Assembly (NCBI GenBank): GCA_009691465.1 | Contig: SICK01000001.1 | Coordinates: forward strand, 24,705-88,704 | Reading direction: 5' to 3' | DNA from: Candidatus Kaiserbacteria bacterium | Lineage (GTDB): Bacteria; Patescibacteriota; Minisyncoccia; Phycocordibacterales; SBAW01 | DNA: 64,000 nt | In this document: piece by piece, positions 1 to 9,795 of the stretch | Position numbering within the stretch: the stretch's first letter is position 1 | Layout of the letters: every line of letters begins with the position of its first letter | Notes under the pieces: model-generated | Told to the model about the DNA's origin: nothing | Seen by the model: only the letters and a program-made list of their open reading frames with translations | The model's database searches: none | Made by a program: the position numbers and the translations under genes

Positions 1-2
1 AA

Positions 3-104
3 GTCACCATACTGATTTCCGGCGCGGTGCAGGTGACCGGCACCCAGCAGTCGCAATTTAATCTGCAAACCTCGGTGACCCAGCGCCTCTACGACGAACT
101 ATGA
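3..104 (+). CDS. 3' end of an ORF truncated by the window edge (unknown, probably part of the pilin-like cluster)
   Basis: Frame 3 is open from the window start (..VTILISGAVQVTGTQQSQFNLQTSVTQRLYDEL*). TGA at 102-104 overlaps the next start (ATGA coupling). Confidence 0.3.
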   Translation, partial: VTILISGAVQVTGTQQSQFNLQTSVTQRLYDEL

Positions 105-667
105 TACAGAAAATACAACAGGGATTTACGCTGATAGAGACGCTCATCGCGGTGCTTATACTCACCACCGCAATAACCGGGCCGCTCACCATTGCCTCCA
201 AAGGGTTGACCGCAACGCTCATCGCCAAGGACCAGATCTCCGCCTTTTATCTCGCCCAGGACGCGGTCGAGTATGTGCGCTTTTTGCGCGACAGCGCCTG
301 CCTTGCCGCCGGCGCGCCGGTCGGCGGTTGTGCGGCAGAGGTCTGGCTCTCAAGTTTGACCGCGTGCACCAGCGCCGGTGGTGGCACGGCCTGCTACTTC
401 GACTCCCTCGCCCAGAACCCGGCTACCCCGGCAACCTGTGCGGGCGATTGCCCCGTTATGCGCTACGACACTGCGTCGCACGCATTCAACTACAACGGCT
501 CGGCCACACCAACACCGCAAAAGTTTACCCGCACGGTGACGATCAACAACGACCCGTCCGGTCCCGCTCCGGACGAGGCTATACTGACCGTGACGGTGAC
601 CTGGGCCAACTTGGCGGGGATAACCCACACCGCAGTAGTGCGCGAAAATATACTCCGATGGCAATAA
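101..667 (+). CDS. Pseudopilin / type IV pilin-like protein with prepilin-type N-terminal cleavage/methylation motif
   Basis: N-terminus MIQKIQQG|FTLIETLIAVLILT is a class III signal (G/FTLIE plus hydrophobic helix). The stop overlaps the next gene. Confidence 0.75.
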   Translation: MIQKIQQGFTLIETLIAVLILTTAITGPLTIASKGLTATLIAKDQISAFYLAQDAVEYVRFLRDSACLAAGAPVGGCAAEVWLSSLTACTSAGGGTACYFDSLAQNPATPATCAGDCPVMRYDTASHAFNYNGSATPTPQKFTRTVTINNDPSGPAPDEAILTVTVTWANLAGITHTAVVRENILRWQ

Positions 668-1206
668 AAAAACACAACAGAGGGTTTACGATTTTCTTTG
701 CGATGCTGGCCGGGGGACTCGCACTCTCTATCGGTGTCGCCATATATGACCTGACGGTCCGCGAGCTCGAGCTCTCGGCCACCGCCACCCAGTCGCAATA
801 TGCAATCTACGCCGCCGACACGGGGGTCGAGTGCGCGCTGTATTGGGACTACAAGTGCGCCGGTGGGGGATGCATGGACGGCAGTGCGTTTGCAACCTCC
901 AGCGCCTATCTCGGAGCGGGTTCCGGGGTGCTGTGCAACGGCCAGGACGTGGCCGCGGCGGGGACTCCACCGACTCCGTTTAATGCTCCGCCGGCAAACT
1001 GGATCCCGTGGAGCATAGAAAACAGCACCTCTGCGGCGACCACCACCTTTTATATTTCGTTTGCGCCGGCGCAACCCTACTGCGCCAAAGTCGAGGTGAT
1101 GAAAAGTGGCGATCCCATCCAGACCACCGTTATCTCCCATGGCTTTAATACTTGTGCCCCGGGCAGTACCAACCAACTGGAGCGCGCGCTGTACGTGAGC
1201 TACTAG
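658..1206 (+). CDS. Minor-pilin-like protein (PilX-N-like hydrophobic N-terminus)
   Basis: Internal ATG at 658 of track ORF 328..1206 gives MAIKKHNRGFTIFFAMLAGGLALSIGVAIYDL. The longer version overlaps the upstream pilin gene out of frame. Confidence 0.55.
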   Translation: MAIKKHNRGFTIFFAMLAGGLALSIGVAIYDLTVRELELSATATQSQYAIYAADTGVECALYWDYKCAGGGCMDGSAFATSSAYLGAGSGVLCNGQDVAAAGTPPTPFNAPPANWIPWSIENSTSAATTTFYISFAPAQPYCAKVEVMKSGDPIQTTVISHGFNTCAPGSTNQLERALYVSY

Positions 1207-1215
1207 GGGCTATAG

Positions 1216-3255
<2,040 letters not shown>

Positions 3256-3269
3256 TGTAGTATTAGCCC

Positions 3270-3608
3270 ATGATTTCGAAGGAGGAGGTACTCAAACTCG
3301 CCGAGCTGGCGCGGCTCAAGATTGGGGATGGGGAGGTTGAGGGACTGCAAAAAGATATTTCGAGCATTTTGGAGTACGTGGGACAAGTGAGCGCCGTCCA
3401 GCCGCAAGGAGAGACCTTTCTGTCGGACAGCAAGGACTCACCTTTCGGCCTACACACCGTGATGCGCGAGGACCTGCCTCGACTTGCGTCGGGCAAGGCG
3501 GGTGTGCCCACCCCGGTGCTCGGCGAGCGCGAAGCGCTTTTGAATGCGTTCCCCACGCGCGAGGGCGACTTCAACGTGGTCCGGAAGATAATCCAAAAAG
3601 ATGAATAA
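3270..3608 (+). CDS. gatC: Asp/Glu-tRNA(Asn/Gln) amidotransferase subunit C
   Basis: ISKEEVLKLAELARLKI...LQKDISSILEYVGQV is typical GatC. It overlaps gatA by 8 nt. Confidence 0.85.
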   Translation: MISKEEVLKLAELARLKIGDGEVEGLQKDISSILEYVGQVSAVQPQGETFLSDSKDSPFGLHTVMREDLPRLASGKAGVPTPVLGEREALLNAFPTREGDFNVVRKIIQKDE

Positions 3609-5010
3609 ACTGAACGAGCTCACTATCGCAGAAGCATCAAAAAAACTCGCTGCGGGCGAGATAACCGCCGTGCAGTTGGCGCAGGCGTGTCTGGATGAGA
3701 TTGCAAAAAGAAATCCGGAGCTGAACGCTTATCTGGAAGTGTTTGATGATGTGCTAGAGCAAGCCAAGAAAGCCGACGAACGCCGCGCCGCGGGGGAGAG
3801 TCATCCTCTGTTGGGAATTCCGCTCGCTGTAAAAGACAATATTTTGATACAGGGGCGTGTCGCGTCGGCCGCGAGCAAGATGCTCGAACAGTATGTCGCG
3901 ACCTATGACGCAACGGTGATAAAAAAACTCAAAGAAGCCGGGGCAGTATTCCTCGGTCGCACCAACATGGACGAATTTGCGATGGGCGGCAGTAACGAAA
4001 ATTCGGCTTTTGGTCCTGCAAAAAATCCGCATGATGAAAGTCGAGTGACCGGCGGCTCATCGGGCGGTTCGGCGGCGGCGGTTGCTGCGCACCTCTGTTT
4101 GGGAGCATTGGGGAGCGATACGGGCGGCTCGGTGCGCGAGCCAAGCAGTTTTTGCGGTGTGGTCGGGTTTAAGCCGACCTACGGCGCAGTGTCGCGCTCG
4201 GGGTTGATGGCGATGGGCTCGTCTCTCGACCAAGTAGGCCCTATTACTAAAACGCTGGAAGATGCGGAGATATTGTTTGACACTATCCGCGGCAAAGACC
4301 CGTTGGACAGTACATCCGTAGACCCGGAAGATCTCAAATCACAAACCTCAAATAACAAACGCATCGGCGTGCCGCGCCACTTATTTAAAGAGGGGATAGA
4401 CCAAGACGTGCTTGAGCGGTTTGAAGCGTCGCTCAAAAAATTGGAGGGGCAGGGCTACGAGCTGGTTGATATCACCCTGCCATCCTCGCCGCTGGCGCTC
4501 GCCCTGTACTACATCATCATGCCCGCCGAAGCATCGAGCAACCTGGCGCGTTTCGACGGGGTGCGTTACGGATTGTCGCTCAAAGGCTCGTCGCTAATCG
4601 AAGATTATGCAAAAACGAGAGGGGAAGGTTTTGGCCCCGAGGTGCGCCGCCGCATCATGCTCGGCACCTATGTGCTTTCGGCCGGCTACTACGACGCCTA
4701 CTACGGCAAGGCCATCGCCGCACGCGCGCTTTTGCGCAAAGAATACAATGATGCGCTCAAGACGCTTGCGTGCATTGCAACACCCACGGTGCCCTCGCCC
4801 GCATTTGCTTTGGGAGAAAAGTCCGACCCGCTGGCTATGTATCTCGCCGATATTTTTACCGTTTCGGCAAACCTTACCGGCAATCCGGCCGTCTCGGTCC
4901 CGATGGGGACCGTAGAACGCGGAGGAAAAGCCCTGCCGGCAGGGTTGCAACTCACCGCTGCGCATGGGGATGAAGCGGCGCTCTTTGTGGTAGGAAAGGC
5001 GTTAGAATAG
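3601..5010 (+). CDS. gatA: Asp/Glu-tRNA(Asn/Gln) amidotransferase subunit A
   Basis: 469 aa. Amidase signature GGSSGGSAAAVAA and GSDTGGSVREPSSFCGVVGFKPTYG. Confidence 0.95.
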   Translation: MNKLNELTIAEASKKLAAGEITAVQLAQACLDEIAKRNPELNAYLEVFDDVLEQAKKADERRAAGESHPLLGIPLAVKDNILIQGRVASAASKMLEQYVATYDATVIKKLKEAGAVFLGRTNMDEFAMGGSNENSAFGPAKNPHDESRVTGGSSGGSAAAVAAHLCLGALGSDTGGSVREPSSFCGVVGFKPTYGAVSRSGLMAMGSSLDQVGPITKTLEDAEILFDTIRGKDPLDSTSVDPEDLKSQTSNNKRIGVPRHLFKEGIDQDVLERFEASLKKLEGQGYELVDITLPSSPLALALYYIIMPAEASSNLARFDGVRYGLSLKGSSLIEDYAKTRGEGFGPEVRRRIMLGTYVLSAGYYDAYYGKAIAARALLRKEYNDALKTLACIATPTVPSPAFALGEKSDPLAMYLADIFTVSANLTGNPAVSVPMGTVERGGKALPAGLQLTAAHGDEAALFVVGKALE

Positions 5011-5015
5011 AGGTG

Positions 5016-5603
5016 ATGCAAAACGGCGTCGATTTTTTGAACCTCGAGTATCTGCTCGTGCGCTCGTACGAGTTTGTAGCGAGCTTCCATGGGACACTAG
5101 GGCAATTCCCAGAGTGGGTAGGGGGAGTGGTATATTTTGTACTTGTGTTAGGCATGGTGCTGTCGTTTATACTCCTGATTTTTATTGTCTACTCCCAGAT
5201 CAAGCTTCTGCAGACCGAGCATGCCGGGTTCCACGCGATGGAGGCCGAGAGCCACGAAGCGCACGACCCCGAAGTAGAGTCGACCGGCAAGAACGACCGG
5301 TGGGAGCGCATTGTCGAGCTTGCCGCCTCGGCAAACGAAAGCGAGTGGCGCCGCGCGATACTGGAGGCCGACATCATGCTCGGGGACGTGTTGTCAGACC
5401 AGGGCTATGAGGGAGCGAGCGTCGGCGAGCAGCTGAAGATGGCCAACCCGATACAAATGACCACGCTCGACTTGGCATGGAAGGCGCACAAAGTGCGCAA
5501 CGACATCGCGCACGGGGGCGAGCGCTACAAGCTTGAGGAACGCGAGGTCCGCGTGGCCATAGACTACTTTAAACGCGTGTTTGAAGAATTCGCTGCGATT
5601 TAG
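5016..5603 (+). CDS. Membrane-anchored hypothetical protein with C-terminal helical domain carrying an RNDIAH (R-x4-H) motif
   Basis: TM helix VVYFVLVLGMVLSFILLIFIV. C-terminal AWKAHKVRNDIAHG. TAGAAT at 5003-5008 lies 7 nt before ATG 5016. Confidence 0.6.
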   Translation: MQNGVDFLNLEYLLVRSYEFVASFHGTLGQFPEWVGGVVYFVLVLGMVLSFILLIFIVYSQIKLLQTEHAGFHAMEAESHEAHDPEVESTGKNDRWERIVELAASANESEWRRAILEADIMLGDVLSDQGYEGASVGEQLKMANPIQMTTLDLAWKAHKVRNDIAHGGERYKLEEREVRVAIDYFKRVFEEFAAI

Positions 5604-5606
5604 CCA

Positions 5607-5642
5607 AACGAAAAGGCACCCTACTGGGTGCCTTTTCGTTAT
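5607..5642 (+). terminator. Rho-independent terminator
   Basis: AACGAAAAGGCACCC-TACT-GGGTGCCTTTTCGTT perfect hairpin directly after the stop at 5603. Confidence 0.65.
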
Positions 5643-5643
5643 C

Positions 5644-5718
5644 TGGTTGCGGGGGCGGGAATTGCACCCGCGACCTCAAGGTTATGAGCCTTGTGAGCTA
5701 CTACTGCTCCACCCCGCT
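5644..5718 (-). tRNA. tRNA-fMet (CAT), initiator-like
   Basis: AGCGGGGTGGAGCAG...CTCATAA...CCCCCGCAACCA. 1:72 is unpaired (A:A), A11:T24 is present, and the acceptor arm closely resembles the E. coli initiator. CCA is encoded. D-loop and T-loop are atypical. Confidence 0.85.
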
Positions 5719-5745
5719 ATAAAAGGTATTCTAGCACAGTGCGGG

Positions 5746-5819
5746 TGTCGGCGGAAGGACTTGCACCTTCGACCTTGGGTTTATGAGTCCCATGCTCTAA
5801 CTACCTGAGCTACGCCGAC
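5746..5819 (-). tRNA. tRNA with CAT anticodon (elongator Met or Ile2)
   Basis: GTCGGCGTAGCTCAGGTAGTTAGAGC..CTCATAA..GAAGGTGCAAGTCCTTCCGCCGACA cloverleaf. G1:C72 is paired. CCA is not encoded. Confidence 0.85.
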
Positions 5820-5856
5820 GTGAGCTTAGGCTAGCATTTTTACCGTCGCTCTTCAA

Positions 5857-5994
5857 TTACGATACGGTCCCGACAATCGTCCGCGCAAAGTCGAGGATGA
5901 GATTGAGGACGGAAATGAAGAACGTGATGATGAGCGTCAAAAACGCCAGCAAAAAGTTGAGGATGGTGTTGAGCAGGGAGGTGATAGCGTCCAT
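5857..5994 (-). CDS. Small hydrophobic protein (45 aa), below the track cutoff
   Basis: MDAITSLLNTILNFLLAFLTLIITFFISVLNLILDFARTIVGTVS*. TATACT (6001-6006, minus strand) lies 6 nt upstream of the ATG. Confidence 0.35.
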   Translation of the reverse strand: MDAITSLLNTILNFLLAFLTLIITFFISVLNLILDFARTIVGTVS

Positions 5995-6016
5995 GCAGAT
6001 AGTATAGCAAACGTTG

Positions 6017-6090
6017 CGCGAGAGACGGGACTTGAACCCGCAACCTCTGCCGTGACAGGGCAGCGCTCTAACCAGTTGAGCTACTCCCGC
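6017..6090 (-). tRNA. tRNA-Asp (GTC)
   Basis: GCGGGAGTAGCTCAACTGGTTAGAGC..CTGTCAC..TTCAAGT cloverleaf. Confidence 0.9.
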
Positions 6091-6128
6091 AACTGCGGGT
6101 CGAACAAGGCGATTTTAGCGCAAAAACG

Positions 6129-6512
6129 CTATTTTTCCAACGAGGAGGGCAGGACACCCTTTTGTTCGCAGAAATTACGGAACTCGACTTTAAGACGGTC
6201 GAGCTCCTCGTCGGTCATGTCCTCGGCATCAATAAGGATGTTGCGTGCAGCATCGTTGGCCTTGATAAGTTCGTCGAGCTTAAGGTGTATCGCATGCGCA
6301 TCGCGGTTCTGGGTGTTTTGTATCAAAAACACCATCAAGAAGGTCAGCACGGTGGTGCCCGTGTTGATGATGAGCTGCCACGTGTCAGAGAAGTGGAATA
6401 TCGGTCCGCACAGCGCCCAGATGACGATGATAAAAAACGCCCATGCAAACGCCCACGAACTCCCCATCAACTGACTTGCTTTATGCGCCGCCTTCCGGAA
6501 CACGTCGTTCAT
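6129..6512 (-). CDS. Low-affinity iron permease family protein
   Basis: FSDTWQLIINTGTTVLTFLMVFLIQNTQNRDAHAIHLKLDELI matches the family signature as I remember it. Confidence 0.75.
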   Translation of the reverse strand: MNDVFRKAAHKASQLMGSSWAFAWAFFIIVIWALCGPIFHFSDTWQLIINTGTTVLTFLMVFLIQNTQNRDAHAIHLKLDELIKANDAARNILIDAEDMTDEELDRLKVEFRNFCEQKGVLPSSLEK

Positions 6513-7029
6513 ATACCGGTAGTGTAACCCGGAACTTCAGTGCCCGTATAGCCGGCAGTGGGGGGAGCGCAGGGAGGCTCGGCAGGTGGATACTAATCGC
6601 GACACGAGCCGAAGTGTAGGCCAGGTAGGAGAGGAAGAGTACATAGGGCAGCGACATCGCCACAAAGAATATCCACAGCCGTGTCGTCGGGGCGGCAAAC
6701 ATGTACAGTGCGCTGCTTATGAGCAGGGGCACAAAGGTCCGGTAGAGGGCATTGGTGTCAAACAGGGGAGTAACGCCGGCCTTATCCTCTGCGTAGAGCC
6801 AATAGAGAAAGGCAAATCCTCTCCACGTGGCATATACAGCGCTTACGAGGCATAGGGTCCACAGTGGCGTGTGGTACGAGCGCAGGACCAACAGCGCCGC
6901 AAAAAGCTGTGCGGCCGCCAGACCGCCGGCGAGCGGCAAGAACAGCGCAAGACGCGACGCGCGATAGGTCTCGCGCATCCAAGCAATAGGAGTGAATCGG
7001 GCTTCCATAAAAACATATCGTACCGCCAT
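6481..7029 (-). CDS. Hypothetical polytopic membrane protein
   Basis: 182-aa ORF with several hydrophobic helices. It overlaps the downstream gene by 32 nt. No recognised motif. Confidence 0.5.
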   Translation of the reverse strand: MAVRYVFMEARFTPIAWMRETYRASRLALFLPLAGGLAAAQLFAALLVLRSYHTPLWTLCLVSAVYATWRGFAFLYWLYAEDKAGVTPLFDTNALYRTFVPLLISSALYMFAAPTTRLWIFFVAMSLPYVLFLSYLAYTSARVAISIHLPSLPALPPLPAIRALKFRVTLPVYERRVPEGGA

Positions 7030-7050
7030 GAGTATGGAGACGCTGTGTGA

Positions 7051-7079
7051 TTGAAAATCTTGCTAAAATGGGCTACTCT
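7051..7079 (+). promoter_or_regulatory. Sigma70-like promoter for the tRNA-Thr pair (and possibly prfB)
   Basis: TTGAAA (7051-7056), 17-nt spacer, TACTCT (7074-7079). The tRNA starts at 7090. Confidence 0.45.
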
Positions 7080-7089
7080 CGCTTGGTAA

Positions 7090-7162
7090 GCCGAAGTAGC
7101 TCAGATGGTAGAGCAGCTCCATGGTAAGGAGCAGGTCGCCGGTTCGATCCCGGCCTTCGGCT
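7090..7162 (+). tRNA. tRNA-Thr (GGT)
   Basis: GCCGAAGTAGCTCAGATGGTAGAGC, anticodon loop ATGGTAA, T-arm GCCGGTTCGATCCCGGC. Confidence 0.9.
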
Positions 7163-7180
7163 CCCGATGTAGTGTCGGAA

Positions 7181-7256
7181 GCCAGCGTAGCTCAGTTGGT
7201 AGAGCATCTCACTCGTAACGAGAAGGTCGTCGGTTCAATCCCGACCGCTGGCTCCA
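7181..7256 (+). tRNA. tRNA-Thr (CGT)
   Basis: GCCAGCGTAGCTCAGTTGGTAGAGC, anticodon loop CTCGTAA, CCA encoded. Confidence 0.9.
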
Positions 7257-7281
7257 CGTTCAACAGGTTCAGTGTAAACAA

Positions 7282-8148
7282 GTGGAAAAGGAACAAAAAG
7301 AGGAAAGAATAAAAGAGATAGAGGCGGCTATGCAAACCGCCGACTTTTGGAGTAATCCGGCGGAGGCCCAGCAACTGATTAAAGAGCTGCAGGATCTGAA
7401 GACGGAGGCCGAAGGCGGTTCGGCGTATGACCGCGGCGGGGCGATACTGTCTATGGTTGCGGGCGCCGGGGGTGACGATGCCGAGGACTTTGCCCGCATG
7501 CTTTTTGAGATGTACCGGAAGTATTTTGAAAAGCGGGGATGGAGCGCAAAGGTGTTGCACGAAAACCGCAACGACCACGGCGGATTTCGCAACCTTTCGG
7601 TAGAAGTGGATGCAAAGGGCGCCTACCGCACGCTTAAAAACGAGTACGGCGTCCACCGCTTGGTGCGCCTTTCTCCCTATAATGCCTCACAAAAGCGCCA
7701 CACCTCGTTTGTGTTGGTCGAGGTCTTGCCGGTCATCGACAAAGTCGCCGCTATTGAGCTCGACGAAAAGGAGTTGGAGATCACGGTGGCGCGCAGTAGC
7801 GGCCCCGGCGGGCAGAACGTCAACAAGCGCGAGACCGCGGTGCGCATCGTGCATACGCCGACCGGTATCAGTGCCCACGTCGACGGCGAGCGCACGCAGG
7901 GCGCCAACAAAGAAAAAGCACTCGCTATCGTGAAGGCAAAATTACTCCGCCGGCTCGAAGAAGAGCGTAAGGAAAAGATATCCGACCTGTCAGTCGCCAC
8001 GGGCAAGATAGAGTGGGGGAGCCAGATACGCTCCTATGTCCTGCACCCCTACAAATTGGTCAAAGACCACCGCAGTGGCGTAGAGGTCCGCGATGCCGAA
8101 GGCGTACTCGACGGCAACCTCGAACCCTTTTTGGAAAAATCAGAATAA
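7282..8148 (+). CDS. prfB: Peptide chain release factor 2 (compact form)
   Basis: GGQ motif [22 protein letters not shown]2-type region [22 protein letters not shown] start 25 nt after the tRNA. Only 288 aa. Confidence 0.85.
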   Translation: MEKEQKEERIKEIEAAMQTADFWSNPAEAQQLIKELQDLKTEAEGGSAYDRGGAILSMVAGAGGDDAEDFARMLFEMYRKYFEKRGWSAKVLHENRNDHGGFRNLSVEVDAKGAYRTLKNEYGVHRLVRLSPYNASQKRHTSFVLVEVLPVIDKVAAIELDEKELEITVARSSGPGGQNVNKRETAVRIVHTPTGISAHVDGERTQGANKEKALAIVKAKLLRRLEEERKEKISDLSVATGKIEWGSQIRSYVLHPYKLVKDHRSGVEVRDAEGVLDGNLEPFLEKSE

Positions 8149-8170
8149 GGTACAATAAGGAGCGTTAAAA

Positions 8171-8851
8171 ATGATCTACTACGACCGCGTATCCAAAATA
8201 TACGCTGACAACTCTGTTGCACTCGAAGACGTCAGCTTCTCCGTAGAGCCGGGAGAGTTCGTCTCCATCGTCGGGCACTCCGGCGCGGGCAAGACGACGC
8301 TGGTCAAGATGCTCCTGGCCGAAGAAAAGCCCTCCAGCGGCGCGGTCTTTTTTGAGTCCATCAATATCCACGAGGTGCCGCTGTCCAAAATGGGCGCTCT
8401 GCGGCGCAAGATAGGCACGGTCTTTCAGGACTTCCGGTTGCTCCCCAACAAAACCGCGTACGAAAACATCGCCTTTGCGATGGAGGCGGCGGGCCGCAAT
8501 GAAGAAGAAATACACTCCGACGTGCCGCACGTGCTCGAGTTGGTCGACCTGGGCGACAAGATGAACAATTTTCCCGACGAGCTCTCCGGCGGCGAGCAGC
8601 AGCGCGTTGCTATCGCACGCGCCATCGTCAACCAGCCCGACGTCATCGTGGCCGACGAGCCGACGGGCAACCTCGACCCGGTCAACACGTTCGAAATCGT
8701 GCAAATCCTCAAAAAAATCAACGACCTCGGCACCACCATCATTTTGACCACCCATAACAAAGGCGTCATCGACGCACTCAAAAAACGCGTCATCACCATG
8801 GACCGCGGCAAGGTCATCCGCGACGATAGGGAAGGAAAGTATATACTGTAA
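8171..8851 (+). CDS. ftsE: Cell division ATP-binding protein FtsE
   Basis: Walker [10 protein letters not shown], signature [14 protein letters not shown], Walker [21 protein letters not shown] upstream. Confidence 0.9.
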   Translation: MIYYDRVSKIYADNSVALEDVSFSVEPGEFVSIVGHSGAGKTTLVKMLLAEEKPSSGAVFFESINIHEVPLSKMGALRRKIGTVFQDFRLLPNKTAYENIAFAMEAAGRNEEEIHSDVPHVLELVDLGDKMNNFPDELSGGEQQRVAIARAIVNQPDVIVADEPTGNLDPVNTFEIVQILKKINDLGTTIILTTHNKGVIDALKKRVITMDRGKVIRDDREGKYIL

Positions 8852-8853
8852 CT

Positions 8854-9783
8854 ATGTTCAACTGGGTACTACTCAAGCGGGTGTTTCGGGCGGGGATACT
8901 CGACTTCTCGCGCAATGCGTTTGTCTCCTTTGCCTCCATCCTTGTCATGACCGTGACGCTCTTTGTGGTGGGGCTCACCGTCTTTGCCGGCGTGATACTC
9001 GGCTCGGCTCTGCAGGAGTTGCGCGACAAAGCAGACATCAACGTCTACTTCGTCCAGTCTGTCGCCGAGGACCGCATCCTCGAGATGAAGGCCTCGCTCG
9101 AAGCCCTGCCCGAGGTCTCCTCCGTGCAGTACCTTTCGCATGACGAGGCGCTCGCCGCGTTCCGTGAGCGGCACAAAAACGACCAGCTGACACTCAACGC
9201 TCTGGAAGAGTTGGGGGACAACCCGTTCGGCGCGGTACTCAACGTCAAGGCGAAAGACCTCTCCCAGTACGAGTCCATCGCGGCGTTCTTGCAGGACCAG
9301 CAGTCGCAGGACAGTGGCTCGGTCATCGACAAGATCAACTTCTATGACGAACAGCATCGCGCGGCGCTCGCCCGGCTCGAGCTCATCACCGACTCCTCAC
9401 AGCGGCTTGGGTTTATCATCATCGCTCTGCTTATCATCACCACCATCGCCATATCCTTTAATACCCTGCGGCTCGCCATATACACCAGCCGCGACGAGAT
9501 ACAAGTGATGCGGCTCGTCGGCGCGGGCTCCTTTTATATCCGCGCGCCCTTTATGGTCGAGGGTGTGCTCTACGGACTGGTTGCCGGCATCGTAACCCTG
9601 CTCCTCTTCTACCCGCTTGCGTACTGGCTCGGCACCTCGACCGGCAACTTCTTCGGCGGCGTCAATATATTTACCTACTACACCGGGCACTTCCTCTTCT
9701 TTTTCGCGCTTATTCTTGGCACCGGCGCGCTCATCGGCGCCATCGCCAGTTGGCTTGCGGTCAGGCGGTATCTCAAGATATAA
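8854..9783 (+). CDS. ftsX: Cell division permease-like protein FtsX
   Basis: Directly follows ftsE. N-terminal TM, periplasmic domain and three C-terminal TM helices (MRLVGA motif). Confidence 0.85.
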   Translation: MFNWVLLKRVFRAGILDFSRNAFVSFASILVMTVTLFVVGLTVFAGVILGSALQELRDKADINVYFVQSVAEDRILEMKASLEALPEVSSVQYLSHDEALAAFRERHKNDQLTLNALEELGDNPFGAVLNVKAKDLSQYESIAAFLQDQQSQDSGSVIDKINFYDEQHRAALARLELITDSSQRLGFIIIALLIITTIAISFNTLRLAIYTSRDEIQVMRLVGAGSFYIRAPFMVEGVLYGLVAGIVTLLLFYPLAYWLGTSTGNFFGGVNIFTYYTGHFLFFFALILGTGALIGAIASWLAVRRYLKI

Positions 9784-9795
9784 CAGAGTACGTAC

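Noticed and set aside
328-1206. Long versions of ORFs 328-1206, 23549-24235, 32592-33527, 33484-33741, 40518-40895, 40237-40527, 53171-53449, 60314-60799 and 29424-31106.
   Set aside because: The upstream parts overlap neighbouring genes out of frame or cover promoter, terminator or inverted-repeat sequences. Internal ATGs sit at the expected distance from -10 boxes and give canonical N-termini.
7257-7330. Search for the prfB programmed +1 frameshift site (CTT TGA C) and an upstream short frame.
   Set aside because: Only 25 nt separate tRNA-Thr from the GTG start and no CTT-TGA is present. The gene appears to be a single uninterrupted frame.
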